NCBI GenBank assembly: GCA_965220085.1
Contig: CBDCOZ010000003.1
Coordinates: 1,184,001-1,248,000 of the forward strand
DNA: 64,000 bases
Direction: 5' to 3'
Source of the DNA: Candidatus Oxydemutatoraceae bacterium
GTDB lineage: Bacteria; Pseudomonadota; Gammaproteobacteria; Poriferisulfidales; Oxydemutatoraceae
This document shows positions 51,876 through 61,426 of this stretch, piece by piece. A program made the translations under genes and the position numbers. Positions within the stretch are counted from its first letter, which is position 1. Every line of letters starts with the position of its first letter. Under the pieces are notes generated by a model. The model ran no database searches, had not been told where the DNA came from, and was given only the letters and a program-made list of their open reading frames with translations.

Positions 51876-52217
51876 ATGGATTCAATGAATGCAACAAATG
51901 AAAACTCCGATTGTCAGGAAAGTGTTCGCACTGCCAACGCAACAGCGACCAAAACCAAAGTGCGACATCCGTCCCAATACGAGGTGTTGTTCGTCAACGA
52001 CGATTATACGCCGATGGATTTTGTGGTTGACATATTGAAGCGCCAATTCCAATTTGACCACCAACGCGCAGTGCGGTTGATGATGGACATACACCGCGAA
52101 GGCATCGGGGTCGCCGGCGTCTTTCCGCGCGAGATTGCCGAGACGAAAGTCGTCGAGGCCAACCGCTACGCGCGCGCTTGCGAGCATCCTCTGTTGTGCG
52201 CGATGAGAAAAGCCTGA
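51876..52217 (+). CDS. clpS: ClpA adaptor ClpS
   Basis: NDDYTPMDFVV, EIAETKV and HPL motifs. Confidence 0.95.
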   Translation: MDSMNATNENSDCQESVRTANATATKTKVRHPSQYEVLFVNDDYTPMDFVVDILKRQFQFDHQRAVRLMMDIHREGIGVAGVFPREIAETKVVEANRYARACEHPLLCAMRKA

Positions 52218-52233
52218 TGAGAAGCCTGATGAG

Positions 52234-54513
52234 ATGTTAGCCAAAGACCTTGAACAAACCCTAGGGCGGGTATTTGACAGAGCCCGGCAGGAATACCACG
52301 AATACATCACCACCGAGCATCTGTTGCTGGGCTTGATAGAAAACACCCATGTCTCGCAAGTGCTCGATGCCTGCGGCGCCGATACCGCCGCGCTGAGCGA
52401 TGAGTTGAAAACATATATCAATGATACGACACCGAAGACGCGCACGGACGGCAAGCCCGATGTGCAGCCGACGGTGGGCTTTCAGCGCGTTTTGCAACGC
52501 GCGATATTTCATGTGCAGTCGCTTCCCGGCGTGAGCGACGAAGAAGTAAAGAGCGAGGATGTGCTGGTGGCGATATTCAACGAGCGCGATTCGCAATCGG
52601 TGCGACTGTTGGCGGCGCACGATGTCGAGCGTCTGGATGTCGTCAGTTATCTGTCACACGGTCTGGCCAAAGAAGAAGGCGCGAAGAAGAGCGCGGACAG
52701 CGACGAAAAGAGCGAAGAGGAAGAGCGACCGCTCGAACAGTTTTGCGAAAACTTAAACGACAAGGCGCGCAACGGCAATACCGACCCCTTGGTCGGTCGC
52801 CAGACCGAGGCGGACAGGACGATACAGGTGCTGTGCCGCCGCCGCAAAAATAATCCGCTGTATGTCGGCGAGGCCGGCGTCGGCAAAACCGCTCTGGCCG
52901 AAGGCTTGGCACAGAAAATCATCGACGGGGAGGCGCCCGATGCGCTCAAGGACACGGTAATCTATGCTCTGGACCTCGGCGCTCTGGTCGCCGGAACCAA
53001 GTATCGAGGCGACTTTGAAAAGCGTTTGAAGGGGGTTATAAAAGACATACGGGCGCACGGCCATGTCATCCTCTTCATCGATGAGATTCATACGCTGGTC
53101 GGCGCGGGGTCGGCCGCCGGCAATGCGCTGGATGCGGCCAATCTGCTTAAGCCGATGTTGCAGTCCGGTCAGTTGCGCTGCATCGGCGCGACAACGTATC
53201 ACGAATACCGCAGTTTGTTTGAGAAAGACCACGCGCTGCAGAGACGTTTTCAGAAGATAGATATCAAGGAACCGTCCGCCGACGAAAGTTACCGGATATT
53301 GCTGGGCCTCAAACAGCGGTTTGAGAAACATCACAATGTGCGTTATTCAAAACAGAGTTTGCGCATGGCGGTTGATTTGTCGGTGCGCTATCTGAACGAC
53401 CGCCGCTTGCCGGATAAAGCGATCGATGTGATGGACGAAGCGGGGGCGTATATGCGCATCCGCTTTCCGGCCAAGCAAAGCAAGACGATACGCAGCACCG
53501 ACATAGAGCGCACGGTGTCGCAGATGGCTCAGGTTCCTCTGCACCGTCTCAGCGAGGAGGTCGGCAAAAACCTGCTGACATTGCCGCGCAATATCAAGCG
53601 GGTTGTCTTCGGTCAGGACGAGGCGGTCGATACGGTGACTGATGTCATCAAGATGTCGCGACTCGGCTTGCGCGAACAGGAGCGATTGATCGGCGCGTTT
53701 TTATTGGTCGGGCCGACCGGGACGGGCAAGACCGAGTTGGTCAGGCAACTGGGCTTTCACATGGGCGTGAAGCTGGCGCAATACGATATGTCCGAATACA
53801 TGGAACGCCATGCGGTGTCGCGGCTGATCGGCGCGCCTCCCGGCTATGCCGGCTTTGATCAGGGCGGACTGCTGACGAATGCCGTGGCGGAATCTCCGCA
53901 CTGCATCGTCCTGCTGGACGAGATAGAAAAAGCCCACCCCGATATCCTCAACATTTTGTTGCAGATAATGGACCACGGCACACTGACCGATACCAACGGG
54001 CGGGCGGTGGATTTCCGCAATGTGTTGCTGATGATGACGAGCAATGCCGGCGCGGAAGAGATGAGCCGCAGCGGGATAGGTTTTTCCAAGCAGGATAACA
54101 GCGGCGATTGGCAAGGAGTCATCAAGCGCATTTTCACGCCCGAGTTTCGCAATCGCTTGGATGCCGTCGTCGGCTTTCGGCGGCTGGATAAAGAAGCGAC
54201 TCTGCAAGTGGTGGACAAGTTTCTGTTGCAGTTTCAGGCGCAGTTGGAAAGCAAGAAGATGGAAGCGCATTTTTGCGACACGGTGCGGGAGTGGCTGGTC
54301 AAGCACGGCTTTGACGAAGAGTTGGGAGCGCGTCCGATGCGGCGGCTGATTGAAGCGGAGATGAAAAAGCCGGTGCTGGATAAGATTCTCTCGTTGCCGA
54401 ATCGCAACAAAGGGGTGCAAATTCGGTATCGTATTGAGAACGACAAGATTGAAGCGGAAGTCTCCGTAAGCAACAAGACGCCGATGAAATCCTCCAAGCG
54501 CGTTGTCAACTGA
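52234..54513 (+). CDS. clpA: ATP-dependent Clp protease ATP-binding subunit
   Basis: Two AAA modules ([16 protein letters not shown]) and RLIGAPPGY; follows clpS. Confidence 0.97.
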   Translation: MLAKDLEQTLGRVFDRARQEYHEYITTEHLLLGLIENTHVSQVLDACGADTAALSDELKTYINDTTPKTRTDGKPDVQPTVGFQRVLQRAIFHVQSLPGVSDEEVKSEDVLVAIFNERDSQSVRLLAAHDVERLDVVSYLSHGLAKEEGAKKSADSDEKSEEEERPLEQFCENLNDKARNGNTDPLVGRQTEADRTIQVLCRRRKNNPLYVGEAGVGKTALAEGLAQKIIDGEAPDALKDTVIYALDLGALVAGTKYRGDFEKRLKGVIKDIRAHGHVILFIDEIHTLVGAGSAAGNALDAANLLKPMLQSGQLRCIGATTYHEYRSLFEKDHALQRRFQKIDIKEPSADESYRILLGLKQRFEKHHNVRYSKQSLRMAVDLSVRYLNDRRLPDKAIDVMDEAGAYMRIRFPAKQSKTIRSTDIERTVSQMAQVPLHRLSEEVGKNLLTLPRNIKRVVFGQDEAVDTVTDVIKMSRLGLREQERLIGAFLLVGPTGTGKTELVRQLGFHMGVKLAQYDMSEYMERHAVSRLIGAPPGYAGFDQGGLLTNAVAESPHCIVLLDEIEKAHPDILNILLQIMDHGTLTDTNGRAVDFRNVLLMMTSNAGAEEMSRSGIGFSKQDNSGDWQGVIKRIFTPEFRNRLDAVVGFRRLDKEATLQVVDKFLLQFQAQLESKKMEAHFCDTVREWLVKHGFDEELGARPMRRLIEAEMKKPVLDKILSLPNRNKGVQIRYRIENDKIEAEVSVSNKTPMKSSKRVVN

Positions 54514-54662
54514 GACGATAGGATTGATTAAAGGGGCACAGGTTCGCTACCGTACTGAGAATGACAAGATTGAAGCGGAAGCCGCCGCAGACAGCAAGAC
54601 GCCGATGAAATCCTCCAAGCGTGTTGTCAACTGAGACGGTGGGTGAGACGATAGGATTGACT
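54409..54662 (+). repeat. Diverged 121-bp duplication of the clpA 3' end
   Basis: GACAAGATTGAAGCGGAAG...AAGACGCCGATGAAATCCTCCAAGCG(C/T)GTTGTCAACTGAGACG occurs twice (54409-54529 and 54530-54662). Confidence 0.92.
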
Positions 54663-54851
54663 GCGATTTGCTTTCCGGGCTTCTATGCTTGACTCCGCCC
54701 GCCAACGATGACAGCCGGTTACTAAGGCGATGTTCCATCGCTATTTTCACATAGGGCAATAACTAGTGGGAGCGGTTAGAGACGCCGCTATGCTACGACA
54801 CTCAGCAAGGGGAATGTTGCTTGCGCTAAGCAAGGAGAAATGTCGCTCGCA

Positions 54852-55589
54852 CTATCGCAACGGGCCTTCCAGAAAGATGCGCAAGCGCATCCGTAATCCC
54901 GTGAAAACGCATTGACCGCCGACGAGGGGGGAGAGTCCGCCGTGCGGGGCTGAGGAGCGAGTCGCGCCTTGTCGGATATGTGACGGTTTCGCGCATCTGC
55001 ATTCAATCGCGCCAATGGTGTTGATGGTTGCCGGAATCAAACCGCGCGTCCCGTCCGGGTCGCAGTTGTAAACGTATCGCGAATCGCTTCCGTCCTCCGG
55101 TCTTTGCGGAAACTCCAAGTTGGGGCCAAAAGCGTCGTAGCAATTGCCGCCGGAAGAGTATGTGCACTGACTGCCCGTGCTACCGCTGGCAAGGTCCCAA
55201 TGCCCCACCAGACACCGGCTGAGAGAGATAACGGATTGCCAACCTCTCTCCTCGCATTTTTCTTTCGGCATCACGCATCTGCGATCCAACGTCACTTTTC
55301 CCGTCGGACAAGTTTTCACGCATTCGTTTCCGTCACGGAATTCGTCCGTTGCGCAGGATTGTGCTTGGGCCTGAGCGGATACGATGAAAAAGGCGAGCAG
55401 AAAGAGCGACCGGAGGCCGCACCTGCTTAACTTAATGTGGAGGGGGGGGGGGGGGGGGCAAACGGATGCTAACGTGCTTGCACGGAATTGTGCGGCGTTA
55501 AAAAGCGCGGTGCGGGTTTTCAACCTTCCGCAGAAGATTTGAATCGTGCGTCCGCGAATGAAAGAGTTCGGAGTCATATTGCAAATCAT
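54852..55589 (-). CDS. Secreted Cys-rich protein, FLEGPLR family member 3 (ON, G17 tract)
   Basis: Shared leader, poly-Pro from G17 (55442-55458), signal peptide AQAQA-Q, Cys-rich passenger, ends GLRMRLRIFLEGPLR*. Confidence 0.8.
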   Translation of the reverse strand: MICNMTPNSFIRGRTIQIFCGRLKTRTALFNAAQFRASTLASVCPPPPPLHIKLSRCGLRSLFLLAFFIVSAQAQAQSCATDEFRDGNECVKTCPTGKVTLDRRCVMPKEKCEERGWQSVISLSRCLVGHWDLASGSTGSQCTYSSGGNCYDAFGPNLEFPQRPEDGSDSRYVYNCDPDGTRGLIPATINTIGAIECRCAKPSHIRQGATRSSAPHGGLSPLVGGQCVFTGLRMRLRIFLEGPLR

Positions 55590-56152
55590 ATCACAAACCT
55601 CTATAAAAAATTCACAAACAACTGAGTGTTGTTTGTGCTCTTATTACCGTGCCTCATTAAATGCCGTTTGCGTACACAGAAGTCCACACTATATACGATT
55701 TGCACCCGCCTTGCAACTGGCGCATTTATCTTTGTAACGCCTACATTATATAGACTATTCCTAAGCCTTGTGCTTGCACTGGTCACACGCTCCCCTCGCA
55801 GGAGAAGCGCAGAGTCCGCTATAACTCCGAGCTTTTTTGAAAGTTGCAGAATTCGATCCACAGGCGATGGATGATGCAGTGAAGAGAAAGCTTCGTACTT
55901 GCGCCGACCACACGCTCCCCTCGCAGGAGAAGCGCAGAGTCCGCTATAACTCCGAGTTTTTTTGACAGTCGCAGAATTCGAGCTACAGGTGGCGGACGAT
56001 GCAAAGAGTGTTACTTGCACCATGCAAGGGGTGAGTGTTACTCGCACTAGGCAACGGAGAGTGTCGCTTGCGCCAGGCAAGGGGAGCGTGTCACTCGCAC
56101 TCGGCAAGGGGTGAGTGTTGCTTGCGCTAAGCAAGGAGAAATGTCGCTTGCA
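55590..56152. repeat. Conserved inter-cassette spacer (palindrome, 125-bp units, six ~26-bp units)
   Basis: Homologous to 57713-57853 plus 58935-59533, and to 60909-61321. Confidence 0.9.
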
Positions 56153-57712
56153 CTACCGCAACGGGCCTTCAAGAAAGAGACGCAGGCGCAAGCGTATATT
56201 GGCTCTGACCACCGGCGCAACGGAAGTCCAACAACGCATCTCGCTACCGCCGTCATCATCATCAAAGGCGGCGCAGACACGGAGGAGTTTGCCCGCCTGC
56301 CCCTGCATGGGAGCGAAGGTCGCAGAGGCAGCGCCGGGGATATTCGTGATATCGTCGGGCAACTGCGGTGCGCGGGCGAAAAGGCACTCAACAAACTGCC
56401 GATAAGTTGAGTCGGTGTTTCCGATGCACACCAAATTCTCGTCAATTTCATTAAACATGTGAGTGGCGAGAGACCGCGAAGGTCCGCTTGTTTGGAGACC
56501 GTCAAAAATTTGCTGAACGGCATCCAGCATGTCGCCATAGTTTTCGTCGCGGACGAGATAGGACACAAACGCGGTCAGCACGGCATCTCCGATGTCCATA
56601 AGGCCCTGATGCGTCTGTGCGTCCCTTGCGGCGACTATCCCGTCGTATATTTCCTTCGCCGTTCCCGTGAGGGTGGCGGTGGAGACGGTCGCAGTTTCAA
56701 CTTCCTGCCACTGCCAGACGGGGGCGAAGGCAGTGATGTCATTGGCATCGTCTATCGTGCCGATGGATGCGGTCAGTGTGCTGCCCACATTGGGCCCGTC
56801 CATGGTCAGGTCAGCGCCGTCCGCCGCCGTCACCGCCGGTTCGCCGCTGGCTACAGCGTTGACCTTCGCAACGGAAGTCCAGCAACGCGTCTCGCTGTTG
56901 CCGGCATCATCATCAAAGGCGACGCAGACACGAAGGAATTTGCCCGCCTGCGCCTGCATGGGAGCGAAGGCCTCAGCGGTAGCGCCAGGGATATTCGTGA
57001 CATCAGGCATCTGCGGAATTTGAGAGAACAAGCAATGCGTGTATGTCTTTCTGAAAATGTTGCCGCTGCCGACGCACGGCGAGCGGTTAACCCCGCTGGC
57101 CTGCTCCACCACTTCAAAAAGGGCTCCGCCGCTGGCGAAAACTTGTCCGGAAGCGTCATTGGCAAGCGCTCCAAGCGAATGGGTCTCGTAATAGTCGTCG
57201 TCGCGCAGAAGGTAAGACACAAACGCGTCTCGATACGCCATTGCCGCCGTCGCCAATATCGTGTTGGGCGAGGAAAACCACGCCGTGAACCCGTCATAAA
57301 CCTCCTTCGCCGTTCCCGTGGTCGCAACTTCAACCTCCTGCCACTGCCAGACGATGGCGCCATCGGCATCGGCTATCGTGCCCGTAGTTGCGGTCAGCAC
57401 ACTGTTCACATTGGGCCCGTTCGTGGTCAGGTCGGTGCCGTCCGCCGCCGTGACCGCCGGTTCGCCAGCAACGGCAGTGTTGGTCTGCGCCTGCGCTTGA
57501 CCGCAGACGATGATTAGGGCGAGCAGAAAGAGCGACCGGAGGCCGCACCTGCTTAACTTAATGTGGCAAAGGGGGGGGGGGGGGGGGGGGGGGTAAACGG
57601 ATGCTAACGTGCTTGCACGGAATTGTGCGGCGTTAAAAAGCGCGGTGCGGGTTTTCAACCTTCCGCAGAAGATTTGAATCGCGCGTCCGCGAACGAAAGA
57701 GTTCAGAGTCAT
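56153..57712 (-). CDS. Secreted protein with two Ig-like repeats, FLEGPLR family member 4 (ON, G23 tract)
   Basis: G23 at 57571-57593 is in frame; two GEPAVT...WQWQ...RVC repeats; ends NIRLRLRLFLEGPLR*. Confidence 0.85.
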   Translation of the reverse strand: MTLNSFVRGRAIQIFCGRLKTRTALFNAAQFRASTLASVYPPPPPPPLCHIKLSRCGLRSLFLLALIIVCGQAQAQTNTAVAGEPAVTAADGTDLTTNGPNVNSVLTATTGTIADADGAIVWQWQEVEVATTGTAKEVYDGFTAWFSSPNTILATAAMAYRDAFVSYLLRDDDYYETHSLGALANDASGQVFASGGALFEVVEQASGVNRSPCVGSGNIFRKTYTHCLFSQIPQMPDVTNIPGATAEAFAPMQAQAGKFLRVCVAFDDDAGNSETRCWTSVAKVNAVASGEPAVTAADGADLTMDGPNVGSTLTASIGTIDDANDITAFAPVWQWQEVETATVSTATLTGTAKEIYDGIVAARDAQTHQGLMDIGDAVLTAFVSYLVRDENYGDMLDAVQQIFDGLQTSGPSRSLATHMFNEIDENLVCIGNTDSTYRQFVECLFARAPQLPDDITNIPGAASATFAPMQGQAGKLLRVCAAFDDDDGGSEMRCWTSVAPVVRANIRLRLRLFLEGPLR

Positions 57713-57820
57713 ATCACAAACCTCTATAAAAAATTCACAAATAACTAAGCGTTATTTGCGTACATATCTTCCTATATCCCGCGAGCAACTAAGTGTTGTT
57801 TGCGTGCACAGAAGCCCACA

Positions 57821-58879
57821 CTATACACGATTTGCACCCGCCTTGCAACTGGCTGTATGATGCCAGTACATATTGGAAACTTTGGGCAAATATTGTGTAA
57901 TTTGTGCCATAGGTGTTTGGAGCCTCAATCCATAATGTGGTCGTTGGGTATTAAACCATAGCAGGTAGTCTATCATACGCTCATTGAATTCCCGAATATC
58001 GGTCAGCAACAAGCCCTCTTCAAACTCCACAAACTCTTCCTGGAGCGTGCGGTTAAAGCGTTCATTGAATGCGTTCATCTTCGGACATTTGGGATACGTG
58101 TAGCAGTGCCGGATACCTTGCTCTTGCAGGCAGCGATCAAACGCGCCGCAGAACTCGGAGCCGTTGTCGGTGAGCACTTGCTCTATCTTGGCGGGGAACA
58201 CTTCCATCATCAGCTTCATAAAGAACTCGGCGGCGATGCTGTTGCCACGAGGGACGCCGATAGCAAAGCCAAACCGGCTATGCAAATCTACGGCCGTGAA
58301 CAGATAGCGACGCTGACCTTGAATAAACCGTTGCACGGTATCCATAGCGATGCAATGCCCGATACGCTTTGCATTGAAACCCTTTTCAAGACGCTCCTTG
58401 CGCTTGCTTTGCGGTGTGCGTTGCCGACGCGGTTTTGCGGGCACCCAGCGCATCTTATCGGCTTCGCCGGCAATCAGTCGCGCGATGGTGCGCGGCTTGG
58501 GACAACGCAAGCCGCGCTCGTCACACCACGGTTGAATCAGCAGGTATATCTTGGGTGCGCCGTAGGGATAGTTTTCGCGGTGTCGCCGAATCTCGGCGAT
58601 AATCTCCTCAGGCCAGTTGCGCCGGCGTGGCTGGCGCGGGCAAGTGCTCTGATTGATTAAGCCGTTAATGCCATAAAGCCGATATTGTCTCCGCCACTCA
58701 TAGAGTGATGATTTGCTGATGTGGTAAGCGTCCATGCTGGCTTTTATGTTGTGGTTCTCCCATAATATAAGGGCTTCAAGTTTCTGTTTTGCTTTATAGC
58801 TCATAGTTGCCTCGTCTATTGAAAAAGCAGCTATTTTATAGAAACCTTTGATGCCGTGGCCGATGTGTTGATATTGCAT
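57821..58879 (-). CDS. IS481-family DDE transposase
   Basis: HTH, then IAMDT, VLTDNGSEF, NERFNRTLQEEF and RPH motifs; the stop codon lies outside the element. Confidence 0.92.
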   Translation of the reverse strand: MQYQHIGHGIKGFYKIAAFSIDEATMSYKAKQKLEALILWENHNIKASMDAYHISKSSLYEWRRQYRLYGINGLINQSTCPRQPRRRNWPEEIIAEIRRHRENYPYGAPKIYLLIQPWCDERGLRCPKPRTIARLIAGEADKMRWVPAKPRRQRTPQSKRKERLEKGFNAKRIGHCIAMDTVQRFIQGQRRYLFTAVDLHSRFGFAIGVPRGNSIAAEFFMKLMMEVFPAKIEQVLTDNGSEFCGAFDRCLQEQGIRHCYTYPKCPKMNAFNERFNRTLQEEFVEFEEGLLLTDIREFNERMIDYLLWFNTQRPHYGLRLQTPMAQITQYLPKVSNMYWHHTASCKAGANRV

Positions 58880-58934
58880 GTCGGCTACGTTTGTTGTTGA
58901 AGCCAAGAATCCAGAATGTTTCTGGCATTATGCA
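57854..58934 (-). mobile_element. IS481-family insertion sequence (1081 bp)
   Basis: Imperfect terminal inverted repeats TGTATGATGCCAGTACATATTGGA / TGCATAATGCCAGAAACATTCTGGA; absent from the homologous spacers near 55716 and 61045. Confidence 0.9.
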
Positions 58935-59000
58935 CCAGCGCATTTGCCTGTGGCAATGCCTGCATTATATAGACTATTCCTAAGCGTTGTACTTGCGCCG

Positions 59001-59340
59001 GTCACACGCTCCTCAGCGGGGGAGGCGCAGAGTCCGCTATGACTCCGAACTTTTTTGAAAGTTGCAGAGCCCGAGCCACAGGCGATAGACGATGCAGTGA
59101 AGAGAAAGCTTCGTGCTTGCGCCGGTCACACGCTCCTCAGCGGGGGAGGCGCAGAGTCCGCTATGACTCCGAACTTTTTTGAAAGTTGCAGAGCCCGAGC
59201 CACAGGCGATAGACGATGCAGTGAAGAGAAAGCTTCGTGCTTGCGCCGGCCACACTCTCCTCGAGAGAGAGTCGCAAAGTCCGAGCCACAGGCGATGGAC
59301 GATGCGGTGAAGAGAAAGCTTCGTGCTTGCGCCAACTACA
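59001..59340. repeat. 124-bp tandem units within the inter-cassette spacer
   Basis: Unit starts at 59001, 59125 and 59249. Confidence 0.9.
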
Positions 59341-59533
59341 CTTCCTCTCTGGTGCGCTTGCGGAGATAGTGCGAGGAACGTACCGGAGTAACTACCGCCA
59401 GTCAGCCCCCAAGGAAGCATGTGTGCAAGTCCCGCGAAGGAATTGCTTCCCGCTACCGCAACGGAGAATGTTACTTGCACCATGCAAGGAGTGAGTGTTA
59501 CTCGCACTACCGCAAAGGAAGGTGTCACTTGCA

Positions 59534-60908
59534 CTACCGCAACGGGCCTTCCAGGAAGATGCGCAACCGCAAGCGCAAACTGCCGGGCACAACACGGGCG
59601 GCGACGGAGCAGAGCGTCTCGCTGACCGGCATCGGATGGCTGTCCATGAAACTTGCGCAGACTCTTATGTATTGTCCCACCTGCTCCTGGCCTGGGGTGA
59701 ATATGGTGGTGGTGGCATCGGTGATGGCGGAGTAGTCGTTATCCGCCGGGGTGCCGGAGTCCGGGGCAACGGCCTGTTGCCATTGCCACATCAGGGTGCT
59801 GCCATCTATGCCGTTAGGTTCGGTTATGCCTCCTACGCCAGTAGACAGCCGGGTGCCCTCGGCGTAGGTCGGGTTCTCTGCAGTGGTGACCGGGATTATG
59901 CCAGGTCTGCCAGAGGCGGCGACCTGAGCCGCCACCACCAGACGAATGCTGGCTATGGCGTTGTTGGTGCTGGTTTTGTTGTCGGTGCCATCGCTGCCAT
60001 CGTCCACCACATTGAAGTTGAAAGAGGTGTAAGCGTCGCCAAGGTCGTCGGGGTCGTTGGGCTCCTGGCCTGATTCCGGGTAATAGGTCAGTTCCCTGGC
60101 GGTCAGTTGGGCCACAGTTATTTCCATTGTGGGAACATCGGCGTTGGTCAGGACTGTGCCATCCAGAGCCATAGTGCCGCGGAATGGCAATGTTTGTACG
60201 ATGACGGCAGCCAGCATATCGTCATCGGCATCGGTGAGCGGGAAGTCGGTTGCCTTGAATATGTATGGGTTGGCGGCATTGGCGTTGACATTTACCGTGA
60301 GCGCTCTTGTGGTGAATAAATTGCTTGCCGTCGGCTTGTCATTGATGTTGGCCACGGCGGTGGCTATCTGCAGGCATCGCATCTCCGAGTTGGGGGTGGT
60401 GGCCATATCCATGAACGATGCGCAGACCTGCAGAAACTTGCCCACCTCATCATCGCCCGGAATGAAAGCGGCATTGGTCGCGCCGGCTATGGCGGTGTAG
60501 GTGCCGCCGTTGGCGGTGGCCGCGCTCCATTGCCAACTGAATGTGCCCAAGCCATCGGTGTCGGCTATGGCGGTGGAACCGTTGCCGCCGTTGGCAGTGA
60601 TGGCGGAGTCCTCAGTGGGGGTGTTGCCGCTGGCGTAGGTGACGGCGGGTGTGCCGGTGGCCGGGCTGTTGCTCTGCGCTTGCGCCTGAGCGGATAAAAT
60701 GAAAAATGTGAGCAGAAAAAGTGACCGGAAGCCGCACCCGCTTAACTTAATGCGGAGGGGGGGGGGGGGGGGGGGGGTAAACGGATGCTAACGTGCTTGC
60801 ACGGAATTGTGCGACGTTAAAAAGCGCGGTGCGGGTTTTTAACCTCCCGCAGAAAATTTGAATCGCGCGTCCGCGAATGAAAGAGTTCGGAGCCATATCA
60901 CAAATCAT
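59534..60908 (-). CDS. Secreted Ig/cadherin-like protein, FLEGPLR family member 5, frameshifted in a G21 tract (OFF)
   Basis: Leader MICDMAPNSFIRG... terminates just after the tract (60757-60777). G20 or G23 would join the open frame ...FFILSAQAQA-Q to GSLRLRLRIFLEGPLR*. Confidence 0.85.
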
Positions 60909-61321
60909 ATCACAAACCTCTATAAAAAATTCACAAATAACTAAGCGTTATTTGCGTACATATCTTCCTATATCCCGCGAGCAACTAAGTGTTGTTTGCG
61001 TACACAGAAGCCCACACTATACACGATTTGCACCCGCCTTGCAACCAGCGCATTTGCCTGTGGCAATGCCTGCATTATATAGACTATTCCTAAGCGTTGT
61101 ACTTGCGCCGGTCACACGCTCCTCAGCGGGGGAGGCGCAGAGCCCGCTATGACTCCGAACTTTTTTGAGAGTCCGAGCCACAGGCGGTGGACGATGCAAA
61201 GAATGTTACTTGCACTAAGCAACGGAGAATGTTGCTTGCGCTCAGCAAGGGGTGAGTGTTGCTTGCACTACCGCAAGGGGCGAGTGTTACTTGCACCAGA
61301 CAAGGGTGAGTGTTACTTGCG

Positions 61322-61426
61322 CTACCGCAACGCCCCTTCAAGAAAGATGCGCAACCGCAACAGCAAGCGCAAGGGGCGCACACGAGCGGCGACAGAGCAG
61401 AGCGGGGTCGCGCGCGCCCGGCGCAT
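61322..61426 (-). pseudogene. Tail-only remnant of a FLEGPLR family gene
   Basis: MRRARATPLCSVAARVRPLRLLLRLRIFLEGALR* matches the end of member 5 (LCSVAARV...) and is followed by a full spacer. Confidence 0.75.

Noticed and set aside
56006-56165. Mini-CRISPR made of the ~26-bp units
   Set aside because: The units are contiguous and degenerate, with no spacer-length unique sequence between them.
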